DNA from: Raillietiella orientalis
Taxonomy: Eukaryota
DNA length: 64,000 nt
Direction: 5' to 3'
Assembly: GCA_036172245.1 (NCBI GenBank)
Contig: JAYWIR010000044.1
Location: forward strand, 186,001 to 250,000
The notes below the pieces were generated by a model. It ran no database searches. It saw nothing but the letters and a program-made list of their open reading frames with translations, and was not told where the DNA came from. Positions within the stretch are counted from its first letter, which is position 1, and every line of letters begins with the position of its first letter. Below, piece after piece: positions 1 through 13,635 of this stretch. The translations under genes were made by a program, and so were the position numbers.

Positions 1-511
1 TCTTTCCTTTTCCCGTTTTTGCAGATACGTCTTCGAGTCGGAAAGTGGTCTTCCTCTGCCTGTGCGCCGACATCGGAAATTCAGCGAATGTGCAGCTTCG
101 AGGCAGGAAAGTCTTTGTGACAACACGGGGTCGCAGGGACTCCTCCGGTTGTCTCGCTAAAGAGCCAGGACGGACTCTCACGGCAGAGTCCGATCTAGAG
201 GACACGGGTCGAAGGCATCGCGTACCGCGCAAGCTGCTCACGTGACCCCTCCAGGCCAGTGCTCGCCGTACATCATAACGAAATTCGCTGTTGAAGAAAC
301 GAATCAGGTAGAAGCCCTCCACGAAAAAGAGTTGCGGGACTTTGTGGCATGAGAATCATATCCCTCCATCCACGGGTGGATAAATGGTGTGTCTTCTGCA
401 GCTGTTGCTGGAATTTCACTTCAGGTGACCGCTGGGAAATCTTCGTGAAGAATCCACTCGCACCCTACGCCATGTCCGTCACCTTGAGCTCCTGAGCTCA
501 TGCGAACCACC

Positions 512-1498
512 GAAGACGGTCCCTTATGTCAAGTTACGTGATCCAAGCCTGGCTTCCCTGTTCCAGGACAGTCATGTCTCTGCAGTCACCTCCCAGCTGA
601 TGATGCACCTGCTGAGGGTGTGGTCTCCCTTCCTCTCCACTTATGCGATACCGTTGGAACCGATCTCGGTCGCCTCCCGAGCGTGAGGTCGGTTTCATCC
701 ACCGCCGCTCAGACCAGACCGTCCGTGGATATCAGCTTAGCGGGAAGGATACGGCCGTCCAGGGCAATCTAACAAGGATAAATCACGCCATTCAGAAGAT
801 TCCATTCTCAACACCGAACAGGAGAGAAGAATCGAAAGGCGGATGGTGAAACTTCGGCGTCGGACACGGTGAGCAACGGATTCCTGGATCGTCTTGCTAG
901 GGAGAGGCCAAATCCCTCCTGGAGCTGCTACCGAGGCTTGGAAAATCGAAACGCTCCTGGGAGGCGCGCAATAGCCGGGCAGACAGGGGGTCCTCTAGAG
1001 TGACAGGGATTCGAAACCACCTTCCCGAATTTTCCTCGAGAAACGAGAGACCAGCACAGCTGCGAGTTGTCTGTGGACGGAGATACTGAAGGATGCGCGA
1101 TGCGTCCCGAATTGGACGGGACGGAGGACCAGGACACGCATCCTTCCTTCTACGGGCGTCAAAAGTTGTCCCCCGCGTTCGAACGCATGATCGAAGAGAC
1201 GCGAGCGCACGGGCTCGTCTGCGCGGTGGACAAAGGCAACGGCGAAGGGCACTTCCTGCTTCCTGCCGGCTTCCTGCGATTCCTGGAAGTGCATAGGTCG
1301 GGGTGCCTTGCAATCTGAAACGGAACGGTTGGATTCGCAAGGATGACTCCTGGATTTGCGGAAGACCTACAGGATGAAAACTCTTACTTTCTGTGGACCA
1401 CCTGCAGAGAACGGAGCATTTAAGGAAGCGCCCGGAATCCCGGATTGGAGACACTGAAGTGGCTGGCTGGTAGAGGAAGCTCCACCGGTTCGGAAGAG
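512..1498. repeat. Copy 1 of a ~0.9-1 kb near-identical dispersed duplication (partner 31941-32860), probably a decayed coding sequence
   Basis: 512-557 matches 31941-31986 and 649-1498 matches 32007-32860 almost base for base. The ORF-track peptides are nearly identical (1067..1318 vs 32426..32677). Confidence 0.92.
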
Positions 1499-1710
1499 CT
1501 TGTGTGAAAAACACGTATGCAGCCGGATCTGAAAACGCAGCTGCTGCCATAAATGCTGCTTAATAGTGGATCCAATTTGTCTCAGGAGCATCTGTTAGGA
1601 TCAAACACTGACTGCATCTTTGCCGATCTGCCTTGATGCAAACTACATTCATCTGGTGGTACTCAGTAGAGAAATAGGTGAGTAATGTAATATGAGGCAC
1701 GAGTAAGTTT

Positions 1711-2250
1711 CCATCCGGGTTCTCCGGGGCTTTTATTTAAACCTAAAATAAACATTTACAGAGTTTGTATGGTCGGACAGCTGTTTCAACCACGCCCTTT
1801 TTGTAAATACCCTGCCGTTTGAAGGGTTCGCAGACCGGTGAGGACCACCACGGCAGCAGAGGGGAGGGGCCAAACAAAAGAAAAGTAAACGAAATAAAAA
1901 TAAAACAATTTTAGGAGGGTACGGGAAGGGATCACAACCTGCTGAGGGAGGTCTTTTGCATCCTTTGGAGGATGCCGACAAGGTCTTCTTTTATGTAGAT
2001 GTCCATGTGGGGCCATCTGACCACTACCCGCAGAAAGAGAGCAGCGAAGTGGATGGCGTCCCTATCCTTTCTCCCTCCATTGACATCGCTCCACACCTCC
2101 ATGATTCCTCGAAGGCGGCAAAGTGCTGCAAGCGCTGAGGCTGGCTGCAGGGCGTCCCGCACAAAGAGCCATGAGTAAGTAGTAAGCAACACAGAAAATG
2201 GGCGTCAGCTACATTGACTTTGGAGCATCTGCTCAAAATACCCTCATGGC
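1711..2250 (-). mobile_element. Unidentified dispersed repeat family ('RDAIHFA' family), copy A
   Basis: The minus ORF 1932..2192 encodes LCRLRGIMEVWSDVNGGRKDRDAIHFAALFLRVVVRWPHMDIYIKEDLVGILQRMQK. It is followed by a T-rich tract, CCCCTCTGCTGCC..CCTCACCGGT, AATAAA and GCCCCGGAGAACCCGGATG, as in the copies at 38.7, 42.2 and 45.2 kb. Confidence 0.7.
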
Positions 2251-5200
2251 TGGACTTCTGCCTATTCGCTCAAGTTCAGAGGCAACCTTCCTCCCATCTT
2301 CAATTGCTGAAGTGTAGTGTGGGGAAGTGTAGCAAGCAAAAGATTTCTTGGGCACCTCCGTGAAGCATGCTGTCTTTGCTAAACGAGCTTTCCTGAGTAG
2401 AGCACGGGAAGGTCAGTCACGGGCAAGCAGTTCTCTTTCAGTCCGGTCGTGTGCCGTCTCGGCCCTTGGTAGGCGTTTGGTATCTCTGCTCGACCGTGAT
2501 GTGCCGGCTGAGATAATTCGGAACTTCAGCAATAAGGAAGGCAGCCTTTGAAAGGAGATAACAGGTTTTTATTATTCCATGTTTCCAACGGCAGCTGGAA
2601 ATTTCGTTTTTTAAGCTCTCTCATTATGTTCTTCAGAATGAAATCACACTCGCGAGTTGTTTACGAAAGAAGGGTTCCGGCACAGTTGTGGACGAAATGC
2701 AGCGAGGAGCGATTCGGAGACCTTAGGGGATCAGGATGAACTCACCAACCTCTTCTGGGATTTCCCTAGCCAGGGTGAAGGTTGAGGAAAGGTTCGGAAG
2801 AGGTCTGCAGCGACCTGAGTTGTAGCTGGAGAATGTGAAAGCTGGGTGTAGATGAGAAAGACGAATACAACCACCTAGTAGGGTCCCTTAACACCTCCTC
2901 CACATCTCATCTTCCTCTTCCTCCCTTCCTTCCTTCTTCCATCTCCTCATCGCATCATTGAGCGCATCAACAGTCATACTAGATGATCGTCCAATCTCGT
3001 CACAGTCATCACCAGCATCATCTCAGAATAACTGTGGACCGTCGAAGAGGAAGGAAAAGGAAGGACCTCATCCGGTAAGCTGAACGTGACCTCGCTCTGC
3101 TCTCAAGCTCTGAATGGGGGTATAGCTGTCGCACCCACGATAGCGAACCCACTTTGGCAAGCAGAGCAGACTCTGCAGACTATGAAATAAAGGTTGGGTC
3201 AGGGAGTGCCGCATGGGACGCTCATCGGATCGCGTGGAAGGCGTTGGTCGTCGCCACGGACAGCACGAGGTTGCCCAGAGTCTGCTCAGAAACAGGCGGT
3301 CCTGAAAACGGGTGACGCCTGTGTGTCGATCCAGCATCCAGCCTCCGGGACAGAAGCGCTTCCTGCCTCGGGGCGTTCCGTTTCGTCGGAGGTCGGCAGG
3401 TGGCTTTGGATGGCGCGCATAAGGGTCCAAGGGGCGGAATCACCTGCAGCCGCCCCAGTCAGTGCAATCCAGCGGTAGCAGCAGGTTACATAGAGAACGT
3501 TCTATGCGGAGAAGGGTTCCATGGGATGGTTCAGTGTATCAGAAGTCCGTGGCACTTGTGGAGCACCCCAAAACGGGAGCTCTCGGAAACGCCTGGAGCG
3601 CCTCCGTGTTGGTAAGAATCCACAAGATTGCGTGGATGGAATCGAGCTGAGGCTCTCACCGGCGGGCTCTGCAGAAGTTGCCTGTTTGTCTCACTTTCGG
3701 TCCAACAGCGCTGCGCCCGTCCGAAGTAGTTTGACAAATCCGGAAGCGCAGCGGAGCCATGGCAACGCTGGTCGCACTGCGAGATCAAGTCCTAAGGAAA
3801 ATCGGAATAGGCACTTGAGGACAGCCTGGAGGTCGGCCGTCTCCTGCTTGCGAAAGTTCGTGTACGAACCCGGGGGCGACAGCGCCACAGACGTGCTGCG
3901 GCGACTCTCCGCAAGAGGCGGAAGTTTCTCGCGGTGGCCGTGACGGTGGCGCCGTTGGCTTTCATCGGCGCCATTGTGGGGGTGCGCCACTTTGTTCACA
4001 GCGACGGGACGTCCATCCCGACACTATTCCACGGAAACTGCGGCGAACCTCGGTCCTGTCCGGACGAGGAAGTCTCCCCAGAGATCGCCTGCGCCTGCGC
4101 CGGTCACGAGGGGGAAAGAGCAAATCCACCCAACCTTCTATTTTCCTCCTTTATTTATTTATTACTTTTCTCGCGCTTCAGACTTTTCTTCCGTGACCTG
4201 CGTGTCGGTGGTCCTTCCCGCTGAACTTCGGGAAGCATAGGCTCCCAGTTTGTTTGCTTCTTTCATTGCAAAGGTCCGGGCGCGACCTGTCGAAAGGCGC
4301 CCCAGCTCTTCGGAGAGGCGTCGCGCGAAACCATTCCCAAAAGGGAAACTTCTGTTCCGAGGGCAACGACGATAGGATGATTACTGCAACCATCATAAAT
4401 AATTGATTATTAACAATTTGCAGCACAACAATGATTTCATACATAGGGCGAGCCTCCGTTCGTGACGAATTAAATTCCCATCGGAGCGGGGGTAATGGGG
4501 TAGCGGCTAAAGCAAGCTGTCCCTTGAAAACATTTCCTGCCCTTCAAGTGCCGGTGACGTTATTCCGAAGAGATGCGAGATCGCTGGTGCCCGGGCAGGG
4601 GTCGCGAAGGGGGAAGCGCTTTGACCCGAATGGTAAACACGCAATTATCTGCTGGTCTCGAGTGAGTTATGCCAACAGAAGGAATTTTGATTCCTCCTTC
4701 CTCATGATTTAGAATTGCTCCGGGAAACGAAAGGAAGTGACATAAATAATGCAAGAGGAGACGTGATGAAGACATTTGTTTGCCTCTCCACCGGAAACAG
4801 AGAACCTGGGATACAATCCGTGATCCCAAGAAGGCATTCAGTCAGATTGGCTGCCACGAGGGGGCGCGCGTTTCGCGTGCCGGGGTCCTCCCTCACTTCC
4901 CCACAGTGAGAGGCGGGGCTGACTGCTGGCGTGTTCAGGCTGCTGGAACCCGAACTTCTGGTGAAGAAGCGGCCGCTTTTGGCCACTGAAGACGTCCACA
5001 GACGAAAGCAAGTTGTTCCGGCCGCGATGGTCGAGGAGTTCTCGAGAGCGCGCAAAGGATTGTCTTCCTAATTGGATTTCCCTATTGCTCTGTCGGACCG
5101 CATCGTCTTTTCCCTCTGCACCAACAAGATCGGACAGCTGCCGCTCATGTTCCCCTTCAGTCCGCATCAACAGAACCGTGCTGCCGCCGCTCAAAAAGAG

Positions 5201-8200
5201 GCTGTGTCTACAAAGGAAACCCACTGTGGATCACCCTGAGATGACCCAGGGCATCTCAGTGCTACCGAACGCAACATAACCTCCCGTACAAGCTCGGAGG
5301 ACTTCGTGGACCGCGGAGGAAGACCGAGTCCTTCGCGAACTCTGTGGAGTCCAGCGTTCCGAATCTCCAGCGAAGCGAGGCATCGAATTCCCGGATCCAA
5401 GAACTCTCTAGCGGAGAGAACACCAGGATAAATCGGAGGGGTCTTCCTCCACGTTCTCCTCGGAGGAGGATGTCCACTCTTTGTAGACGGCAGCATCTGC
5501 CGCGCTGTCTGTCTTCATCTCCTATCCATCCGCGTACCGACCTGGCGACCGACGAAGATCAATGCTCCAGCGAGCGCTCCAAATGGAGCGAGGCCTTGCC
5601 TCACGTCTTGCATCTCAGCGCCCTGCTGCACGGACCCCTCGGCCGACCGCAAAAAGAGGGGGGTAGGGGGCAGATTGCGCGTGCGCAACCAAACGGAGGA
5701 GCCTACTCGCCACCCGACCTCGCAACGAGGAAGCCGAGACGCGTCACAGAACGGGGAGAGCGCTGCTCCGCTTGCGCGATCGTCGTGGGGCTCGAAGAAG
5801 GGCCGAGGGATGACCGGGCAATCGCCCCGTCATCTCCACCGCGTTCCGCTCCCCCTGCCGTCTTCCGCTCGAGGCGCCTAGGGAAAACGGGGGCTCCAGT
5901 GGGGAAACCCAGCCGAGAAGCGGAAAGGCACGCGAAGAAGGGGGGGGGGCCGCAACGCTGCCACCCGCCCAGCGGCAGTTGGTCACCCGGCAGAGCGGGT
6001 GATCTCGCAGCGGGAGCGACGAGACTGGCAGGCGGGCTGGTCGAAGCGGCGGCACACCTCTGGACGAAGGGAGGAGCCGGGAACTTCCGCGTGCAGCCTG
6101 TCACAGGGATGTGGCGACTCGGGAACGCCCCGCGGCTGCCCCGCTCCGACCGGAAGGCATCCCGCCCCGGAAGAACCGCTGCGGCGGCGGCGGCGCCTCA
6201 CCTGGGACTCTACCCTGCGATGTCAGGAGGACCCGGAAGAGACTCCGACAGGGAGGAGGGACACCCCTCCTGCATGGTAGCGGAACATGGCGAAGCGGCC
6301 GTCGGCGGATGGCAGAGTCCAGGAGGACTCCGGGAGCCTGCGGCGGCGCGGGTTCCGGAAGACGCTGCGAGTGCTCTTTTCATCCCTTGTCCCCTCCTCC
6401 ACGTCCTTCCCGCTCTTCTGCGCAGCCTGCCTGCGAGTCGGAGGCCTTATCGCTTTCCTCCTCCTCCCCTTCTGGATTTGTCCCGGATTCGTGGATTCGC
6501 TGATCTACGTGTCCTGCCTGCCTTCCTTTTTTGGGTGGGAGGGAAGGAAGCGTCCGGGCATCACTTGGCGAAAATGGACGCTCCGGGAGCTGCGCGCATC
6601 TCGTCTCCCTCCGGACACGCTCCGACACCCAGAGGCGCTGGTCGAAGCATCGTCGTCGCCCAGGAGCAGTCGCCGCTTCGCGCTCGCCTCTCGACGACGC
6701 GGAGAGGCGCAAGGATGCCAGGCTTCCCGCGATGCCGCGCAACGGTCCGCGTGACGAGCCCGTCGTTCCGCGAACGAACGCCTTCTGCTCTCGCGGGAAC
6801 CCGTTCCAGCAGCCACCCCTGCATTGGGGCGACGGTGGGGGCGGGGAGGGAGAACGAGACGATGGGACCGCTGTGCCCGTGCGCTCTTCCCCCGTCCGAT
6901 GGCACCGTTCCAGCAGCGTGCAACACAGCGAGAACATTGCCGGCCGTGGATGCCGATGGAAGGCACCTGGAGCGACCGAGGGGCTGCCCAGCCGCGTCCC
7001 ACCCGAAGGCCCAGGTGATCCTGAGGAGGGGGACGGTTGGACGGATCGGCGGCTCCAGTGGAACGAGCAAGGTGGTCGCAAAAGGAACCGTTTCTGGAAG
7101 GGAGGGAAGCGCTGGAGGTCGGAGGTCGGGAAGCGAACTCGCTCGAAGAGGCTCGCAGCCGCTAAAGCGAGCACTGGAACAATTCTTGCACATTCGTTGC
7201 GGACCTCGGACAGCAACGGCGGAGCAGGTCTAAGGTCGGATTGAACTGCCTGAGGGCAATTTCGGTTTCGAACGAAGCATCTTGGAGATCTCCTTCCCTC
7301 CTTGTCTATTCAATCGAGAAAGGGGGAGGGGGAAGGAGTAGTGACGTAGTCACTGGCTCTTTGCTGTCTTTCAGCAAGAGAATGCAGCCCCGAATGCAAC
7401 CCCCGATCCCTTGCGAGGGATGGTCTGTTGTGTCCTCTTTGGGGAACTTCTGCCTTCCCCCGGATTGTGCCGGAAACTGGGAGGCTTCAGGTTCCGAAAA
7501 GGATCGCAAATTCCTCGCTTGCTGCTGATCACCCTCCGGTAAGATGGCATGGTGCGCATGGGGGTGGTTGCCGGCAAGCGGATTCCGGTACAGATGTCGT
7601 GCCACTCGGAAGCCGCCCTCGGGGAAGAATGGCGAGCTACTAGGGAACGAAGCTCCCGGTGCGGGGGAACCGCTCTTCGCTTGTGAATAGGGAAGGCCCC
7701 GCGAATGATGAGTCCGTCGGGTGCTCCCTGCATCCGAGAGCCAACCTCGGACTTTCTCCGGCAGGAAGAGACCTGCGTTCGCTTGGAGGTATCGATCGGC
7801 ATACTCTGGTTCCAGAAGCTCCTTCGAGAAATCGCGAATGCTGGTCTCAGGCGGATTTGCCTTTGGGGGGGTCGGGGTTCCAATCTTTCAAGATGCAACC
7901 AGGAGTTCTGAGCGATCGTCGGGAAGGAGCGGGATGAAGAACGGTACGGTTGGCAGCACGAGCTCCGTTATCCGCAAATCTGCATCTTAGGAAACGCCTC
8001 TTGCGATGGTAAGGGAAATGAGTTGAACCACGGAGCGATTTCATCCCTCTGCGGCATTCGTTCGAATGTACTTCAATCACGCCACGTGATGCGAAGATTC
8101 CCTCCTTCCACTCCCTCCCCCCTCCTCTAAGAGCATCCGGGATTCGCTTGCAGCGGTGCCACTCCGTCCATCCCACTGCCTGTCCGCCAGGTTCGTCCAC

Positions 8201-8384
8201 GGATTTCGAGGCACCTTCGCACCCACGAAGCCCACGCGCGTATCCCGGGTCCACCCACAATGCAATGGATTTCAGGAGCGCAAGTCTTCCTGAAAGACAG
8301 CGGAGAAGGCCAGGTCATGCGTCCGGCAGCATCGACCTTCGAGGACTGGAAACGTGGCCTTACTGCTAATATTCTTGTATGCCT

Positions 8385-8698
8385 GTTGTATTCAATAAAC
8401 ACCCCCGGCATGGCCGGGCGATAAACCTGGTGCTCCGATGCGAAGGAAAGGCAAATCGCACCCAGCTTCCTCGGTCCTTGCAGGCATCCTGCAGCAGCAT
8501 TGGAAGAGGCAAGGCGGGGGAGAGGAGGCGGTGTGGAGTGTTGCGTCCCCACTCTCTCGATCGAGAGAGATGCCGTGGTCAACGGATCTTTGGCGTGCTG
8601 CAACGCAGGGAACTCTTCAACGTCGAGAGTGTGTGAAGATCCTGAAGAGCCTCTAATATTATTACTCAAATTTGTTGTAATTCTTATTCCAAAATAAA
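8385..8698 (+). mobile_element. Decayed 3' end of an RLE-type non-LTR retrotransposon (Utopia/NeSL-like) abutting a U2 snRNA fragment
   Basis: Frameshifted peptides NLVLRCEGKA, AALEEARR and DAVVNGSLACCNAGN resemble the RLE motifs PDLVL, AFxxAR and VVGSLGxWDPxN. The element ends in AATAAA (8693-8698), 2 nt before the U2 sequence. Confidence 0.6.
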
Positions 8699-8700
8699 TG

Positions 8701-8820
8701 TGTTCTTATCAGCTTAATATGCCATCTATCTGGTGACCAGTATATTAAACTAGTTTTTGGAAGTGGACGAGGATGCTTGGAGCTTGCTCTTCCCAGTATT
8801 GCGGTCCGGGATCGGTCCAC
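8701..8820 (+). pseudogene. U2: 5'-truncated, degenerate U2 snRNA copy
   Basis: TGTTCTTATCAGCTTAATAT...ATATTAAACTAGTTTTTGGAA...GGAGCTTGCTC...GTATTGCGGT..CCGGGA follows U2 from about nt 40 to the 3' end. It lacks the 5' part with the branch-point pairing GTAGTA, has internal deletions, and has an altered Sm site (AGTTTTTG). Confidence 0.88.
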
Positions 8821-11749
8821 TACTCCCCATCACGGGAGGACTGAAAAACAATTTCAGAGAGAGACGCACGTTCCGCACTCCATCGGAAGGCGAGCTGTAC
8901 GTCCACTTTACGGGCGAAGACTATCAATCCCTCCAGGCCTCGCGTCCACTTCCCAAATAGTAGTAGTTCGATGTGCCACCCGCCAGGTATTGCGCAAGCA
9001 GGTGTGCGGGGCACATCGTGGAAGAAGTCGGTTTGTTCCAGCGTCCAGTTCTGCTGCGACACCTTCGGGAACCACCAGCCGCAGAGTGGGAACCTCTCTC
9101 CCTCTCGAGGGAGGGGGGTGAGATAGACGACGGAAGAGCTAGTGCGCCTTGAGGTCAGAGTGAATGCAAGCGACGAAGAATTGGAGGTGTTGAGCGACTC
9201 GTGTTTTCGTCATGGGAGGGATCAGGCGGCACACAGTGTTGGTTTCCCCTCTTGGACAAACAAAAGCTGTGCGATCTGGTTCAACTTGTTCCGGACTTTC
9301 GGATCGATGGGCTATTCTCGAGTCTGGGTCTGCGGGATGACCCACTTCAAACTGGACCAAAAGTGGACAGAAAAATAGCTTCGCCTATTTGGTTCCCACA
9401 GAAAAACGGACTCCACAAGTAGGTGCAGAGAAGACTCATCTTCACAGACAGTGGTTGCTCTTTCTTTGTTGTTTTGGGTGACCTGGATGGTCATTTGCTG
9501 CTCCCTATGAAGTTAAGAAACCTCTTCCTATCCATACAACCCAACCAGTGCAGCATTCAAACCAAAAGGATGGGGTGTCCTTTCTTGAGACGCCAGTGAA
9601 TCAGACCCTTGCTGACTCATCTCCACAGACAGCGGTTGCACTTTCTTTCATACTTTCGGTGACCTCGGTGGTCACCTGATGCTCCAAACAGCTGAAGCTT
9701 TTCAGCTTGCTCTTCCTCATCCCTTGCGCACTGCTTCCTGCTCTTCATATCAAAGGTCAGCCTTGAGTTGTTGGTCCGGCTCCGAGCTGCTGGCTCTGCG
9801 GCTCCCATAGAGGAATTCGTTTTGTACCTTGCGGCACGGAGCAGGTATCCCAGTCGCCCGTTTCCGGCTGCTCAGGCCCGCGCACCAGTAATCCAACAAC
9901 CGGCGATTCTCGGAGACAAACACGTAGACGTCGTTCCCGAATGATTTGCACTCTGGAGGCGTCGCTTCCAGAGAGGAGCTTGTGCAGTGCGCCGAAGCAG
10001 GCGTGCGTGCGTATTTATGAGCCGTTCGGAGAACAGCGGCGTTGTCTTTCACTGTTTCCAGTTATTGACTGCTTCTCGCAATGCTCTGGTGAAGATGTGC
10101 GTTCGAACAACATTTTCGTGCCGCACGGCCGCTCTGTAATTGTGGCGAACGAGTTGGGCCAATCGATCCTGCAGCCTGTTTGCAGTTCCTGCAGTTTCCT
10201 TCCTTCAAATTACCAAAAAATTTTCTCGAGGAACAGTTGCTTCTTGTTTGGCCGGCGAATTCCGTTTCCTTGGCGACCCGACTCCACTTTCTGCCTGTGC
10301 AGGCGCTCATCTGATCGACCGTGCAGGAGGTGCGGAATACGGGAAGAGGCATCCCGACGATTGCCGAGCTGGTGGCTGAAGTCCAGAGGCCTCCCTGAAA
10401 TACTGTGGGTGATGGCAGCCACCGATGAGCCCATCCTGAAGCAGAACTCGTCCCATCAGACATCTCCTGGTCTGGGGTGATGTGCTTCAGGAACCTGAAG
10501 GGTTCTTCAGGTTGCCAGAAACTAAGGGCCGGAGAACTCTGCCCATAGTAAGAAAACGGGAATGAGAGCACTTCCAGGGCGAAGATATTCCTGCCGCAAA
10601 TCATTTCGGTACATGCAAATAGGCGGAAACATTTTCGCACTCCCTGTGGAAATCTGTGTGACCAGAAAAAGTTCACGGACTCATTCGGCTGCTGGTGGCA
10701 GCACCCAACAAAAACAGTCGACGAGGTGTGCTTACGCTTTTCCCAGCGGTGGCAAGGGACTGACTGCTCTGATCTCACGAGATACACCAGCATCCTCCCT
10801 GCGGGCATGGGTCTCATGTCTGGGTCTCTGTTACTGTGCACAAGTATCTTTCACATACCTGTATGGTGCTTTCCCCGAGTCCGTCCTCCTTTCCTTCCAA
10901 GAAAACTGAGCTTCCCCAGTAAACGAAATTGCGTGTTCGAAATCCACAGCTCCCACATTTTAAGGGGGAGGACCCAATCAGCTGATCCGCCGCAAGATAT
11001 TGATTCCTGGCTTTGAAAACAAAATCAAACAGGACGGGCTGACTCGTGGCGGGTTTCGGACCCTGGAAAATTCTCCAATGCTTCTTTCTTGCCGCCTTTA
11101 TAAATGCATCGTCTTCTGCATGGCACTGCTGCTTCCGTGCCTTGGATTTTCTGCATCGGAGAGGCAATATGTTTATTTTTCTGCGCTGCCAGGGGGGGGG
11201 AAAAAAAAAAAAAATTGTTGCAAATCAAGAAAATCGCTTCAAAAAATTCCCAGCCCCCAAATCTTCGGAAAAAACTTCTCTTTCTTTCTTTCCTTTTTTC
11301 CTCTTTCCCGGGACGTCGCTTTTGTTCGAGACTTTTTGAGGCGTGCACGGGGAAACGCAGCTTTCAACAGTTCTCGTCAATTACCGACGCGCGGCCCTCG
11401 GTTTTCCTGCGGAACGCGTTTCGCAAACATGTGCAGCCTTGAAAATTCAATGGCACGCGAAAAAGATTATCTGGAATCGAGGTGGGATTCCCGGTGCCGG
11501 CGATGCTCGGGAGGGTCTCGCGTCGGATCTGTCGGGAGCAACGCATCCCGTGTGTGTGCTTGTGCTGACATGCTCCTCGGTAAGCAGGTCTTCGGTAAAT
11601 CTTCCACAGTTCGTGCAGATGAGGAAATGGCATTCTCCTCCTTCAATCCGTTCCCGTTATGCAAATTCCGGGATCTCCAATTAATCCGCGCGTTCCAGTT
11701 GGTGCCAGTTGATCTTCCTCAGAAAACGATGATGTTCTTACTTCCTTTT

Positions 11750-11880
11750 CTCTCCTGATTATCGGAGCTGCGTCTGTGCAGCATTTCAGGAGCGGTCGGC
11801 AAGCAGCGGCAGTGGTCCTCGGTGACCATCTTCCGGTTTCTCCACTGAGACTCATTTAAATGAGAAAGAATTCCGGACGT
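11750..11880. repeat. ~125-bp direct repeat, copy 1 (partner 14012-14135)
   Basis: Both copies share GGCAGTGGTCCTCGGTGACCATCTTCCGGTTTCTCCACTGAGACTCATTTAAATGAGAAAGAATTCCGGACGT and have similar upstream sequence. Confidence 0.9.
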
Positions 11881-12264
11881 TTCCGATGATTTCAGTGTTT
11901 CAACTCCTCTGCATCGTGAACAAGAACAGCAGGGCTTCTTCCAGTCAGGAAGAATTTACTCGATACTGGAATTCTGGAATATCTGGAATTCTTCCGGATC
12001 AGGCGTTCATCTGCGAGGTCTCGTATGACTTCATTTCCCCGAAGGCCTGTGGGCGTTAGAAAGGGAAAGATTATGACCTCACAAAAGGGTAGTTCTCCTG
12101 TGTCATAGTAAACAGCCTTTTCTAAGGCGTTTTATCTTTCAGTTTATCACATGGCGGCACTGATGGTTGCACAAGATGTTGGGAAAAGAATATTACGTAC
12201 ACCTCAACTGATGGTCAAACCACCAGGGTGGGACTGAATTCCTCAACTTTCATGATACATAGGA

Positions 12265-12318
12265 ATATATATATATATATATATACATGCATACATCAAT
12301 GTATATGTGTGTATATAA
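12265..12318. repeat. (TA)n microsatellite with degenerate tail
   Basis: ATATATATATATATATATACATGCATACAT... Confidence 0.85.
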
Positions 12319-13498
12319 ATTCTCGAAAGGCACCCGATGGCTGCTGCAATTTGGCCGCACCCGAAAGACGAAGTGGCCGCCGGCGTTCTGAGCGGGCTCT
12401 GACCAAGTAGTGCCAGAAACCAAAGACCCCTACCCTCTCTTTCCTTTTTTCATAGCATAAAAGAATAGCCAGGGCTTTTGTTCTCCAATTGCTGGTCCTG
12501 AATTGCCCCGAGTTTTCTCTTTTAAAGGTGCACTCATAGTTCGAAAATTCACTACGCCATCTTTAAGGAACAGGAGGAGACTTTGTTACTCCCTTCTCAA
12601 GAACTCCTGGTTGTGGGTTCCTCTACCTTCAAACGAGATAAAAAGTTCCTCGCTCATCCCGATTCCCACTGACATTACTTTCGATACGGTTTCATCCATT
12701 TTCACTTGTGGATCTGCAGGGGGGACCTTCACGACTTGTTCCAGAAGTCCTCTTCCGATTCCCTCCGGCTATTAGCAGCTTTGAGCACGTGTTTGGCATG
12801 GTTGGTAACGATAATTCTTCGAGCTCAACTCGTGACGTCTGTTTCTCTTTTTGGTCATGGGAATCTTCATGTTCAAGAGAGTGAGATGCAGTCTATCCAG
12901 GAGTTTGACTGTCGTGTCTACGAAACCTCCAAGCTGTACTTCCATCCTCCTCCAAGACCTCGGTTTCTTTTTTTAGCAGCCGTGACGCTTCAGGGAAAAA
13001 CCCTCATTGCAGCCCTGTGACTTGTCGTTCCCGCAGTCCTCGGTTTTGATTCCACCTCACGGAAGTCTTGTCGGCTTGGAGGAAATTGCTCCCGGAGTTT
13101 GCTTCGCGTCTTTGAGGTGATTCGCAAGCAGTACCAACTGCTGTTGGGCGCATCTAGTGTAATGGAACGTTCAGTGTGGAGATGAAACTTATCCGCATTC
13201 ACACACGCCGCAGGTCGTAAAGATCAAAAGTGGAACTGGGAAAGGTCTCACTCGATTTCCATCATTGTGAGTGCAAGAAAAGAATGCTCCGCAGCCTTTG
13301 CATCGGCTTTCATGGCCAAGCTTGAGGTCATCGGGCTCAGGAAACGAAAAGGCAAGCTCCAAAGCAGCGATCTCTACAGCCGCAGAGGGTATGCCCAGTC
13401 CAAGGTATTGGGCTAATTAGGCCACAGAAGTGCAAAAGGGGCTTCGTCGAAGAGAATGAAAATTCAAAAGAGCATTCTTCCTGTTTCTAGAGCGCTTC

Positions 13499-13635
13499 TA
13501 TATAGAGAGAGATGGATATAGATAGATTACACATATAAATAGATGCAAATGTAGATAGAAAAAATATCTGTATTTATTTAGACATAGAGATCGATGCGAA
13601 TATAGATAGATATACATACGAGCATGGATAGGTAT
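13499..13635. repeat. Degenerate TA/GA (ATAG-like) simple repeat
   Basis: TATATAGAGAGAGATGGATATAGATAGATT...TATAGATAGATATACATACG. Confidence 0.7.

Noticed and set aside
1190..1290. AHGLVCAVDKGNGEGHF, resembling a KDZ transposase motif
   Set aside because: The downstream FHxxxH/CQ and GExxER motifs are not present.
5344..7233. 629-aa + strand ORF and overlapping ORFs
   Set aside because: Very GC-rich DNA with long ORFs in several frames on both strands, Arg/Pro/Gly/Ala-biased composition and no recognisable domain.
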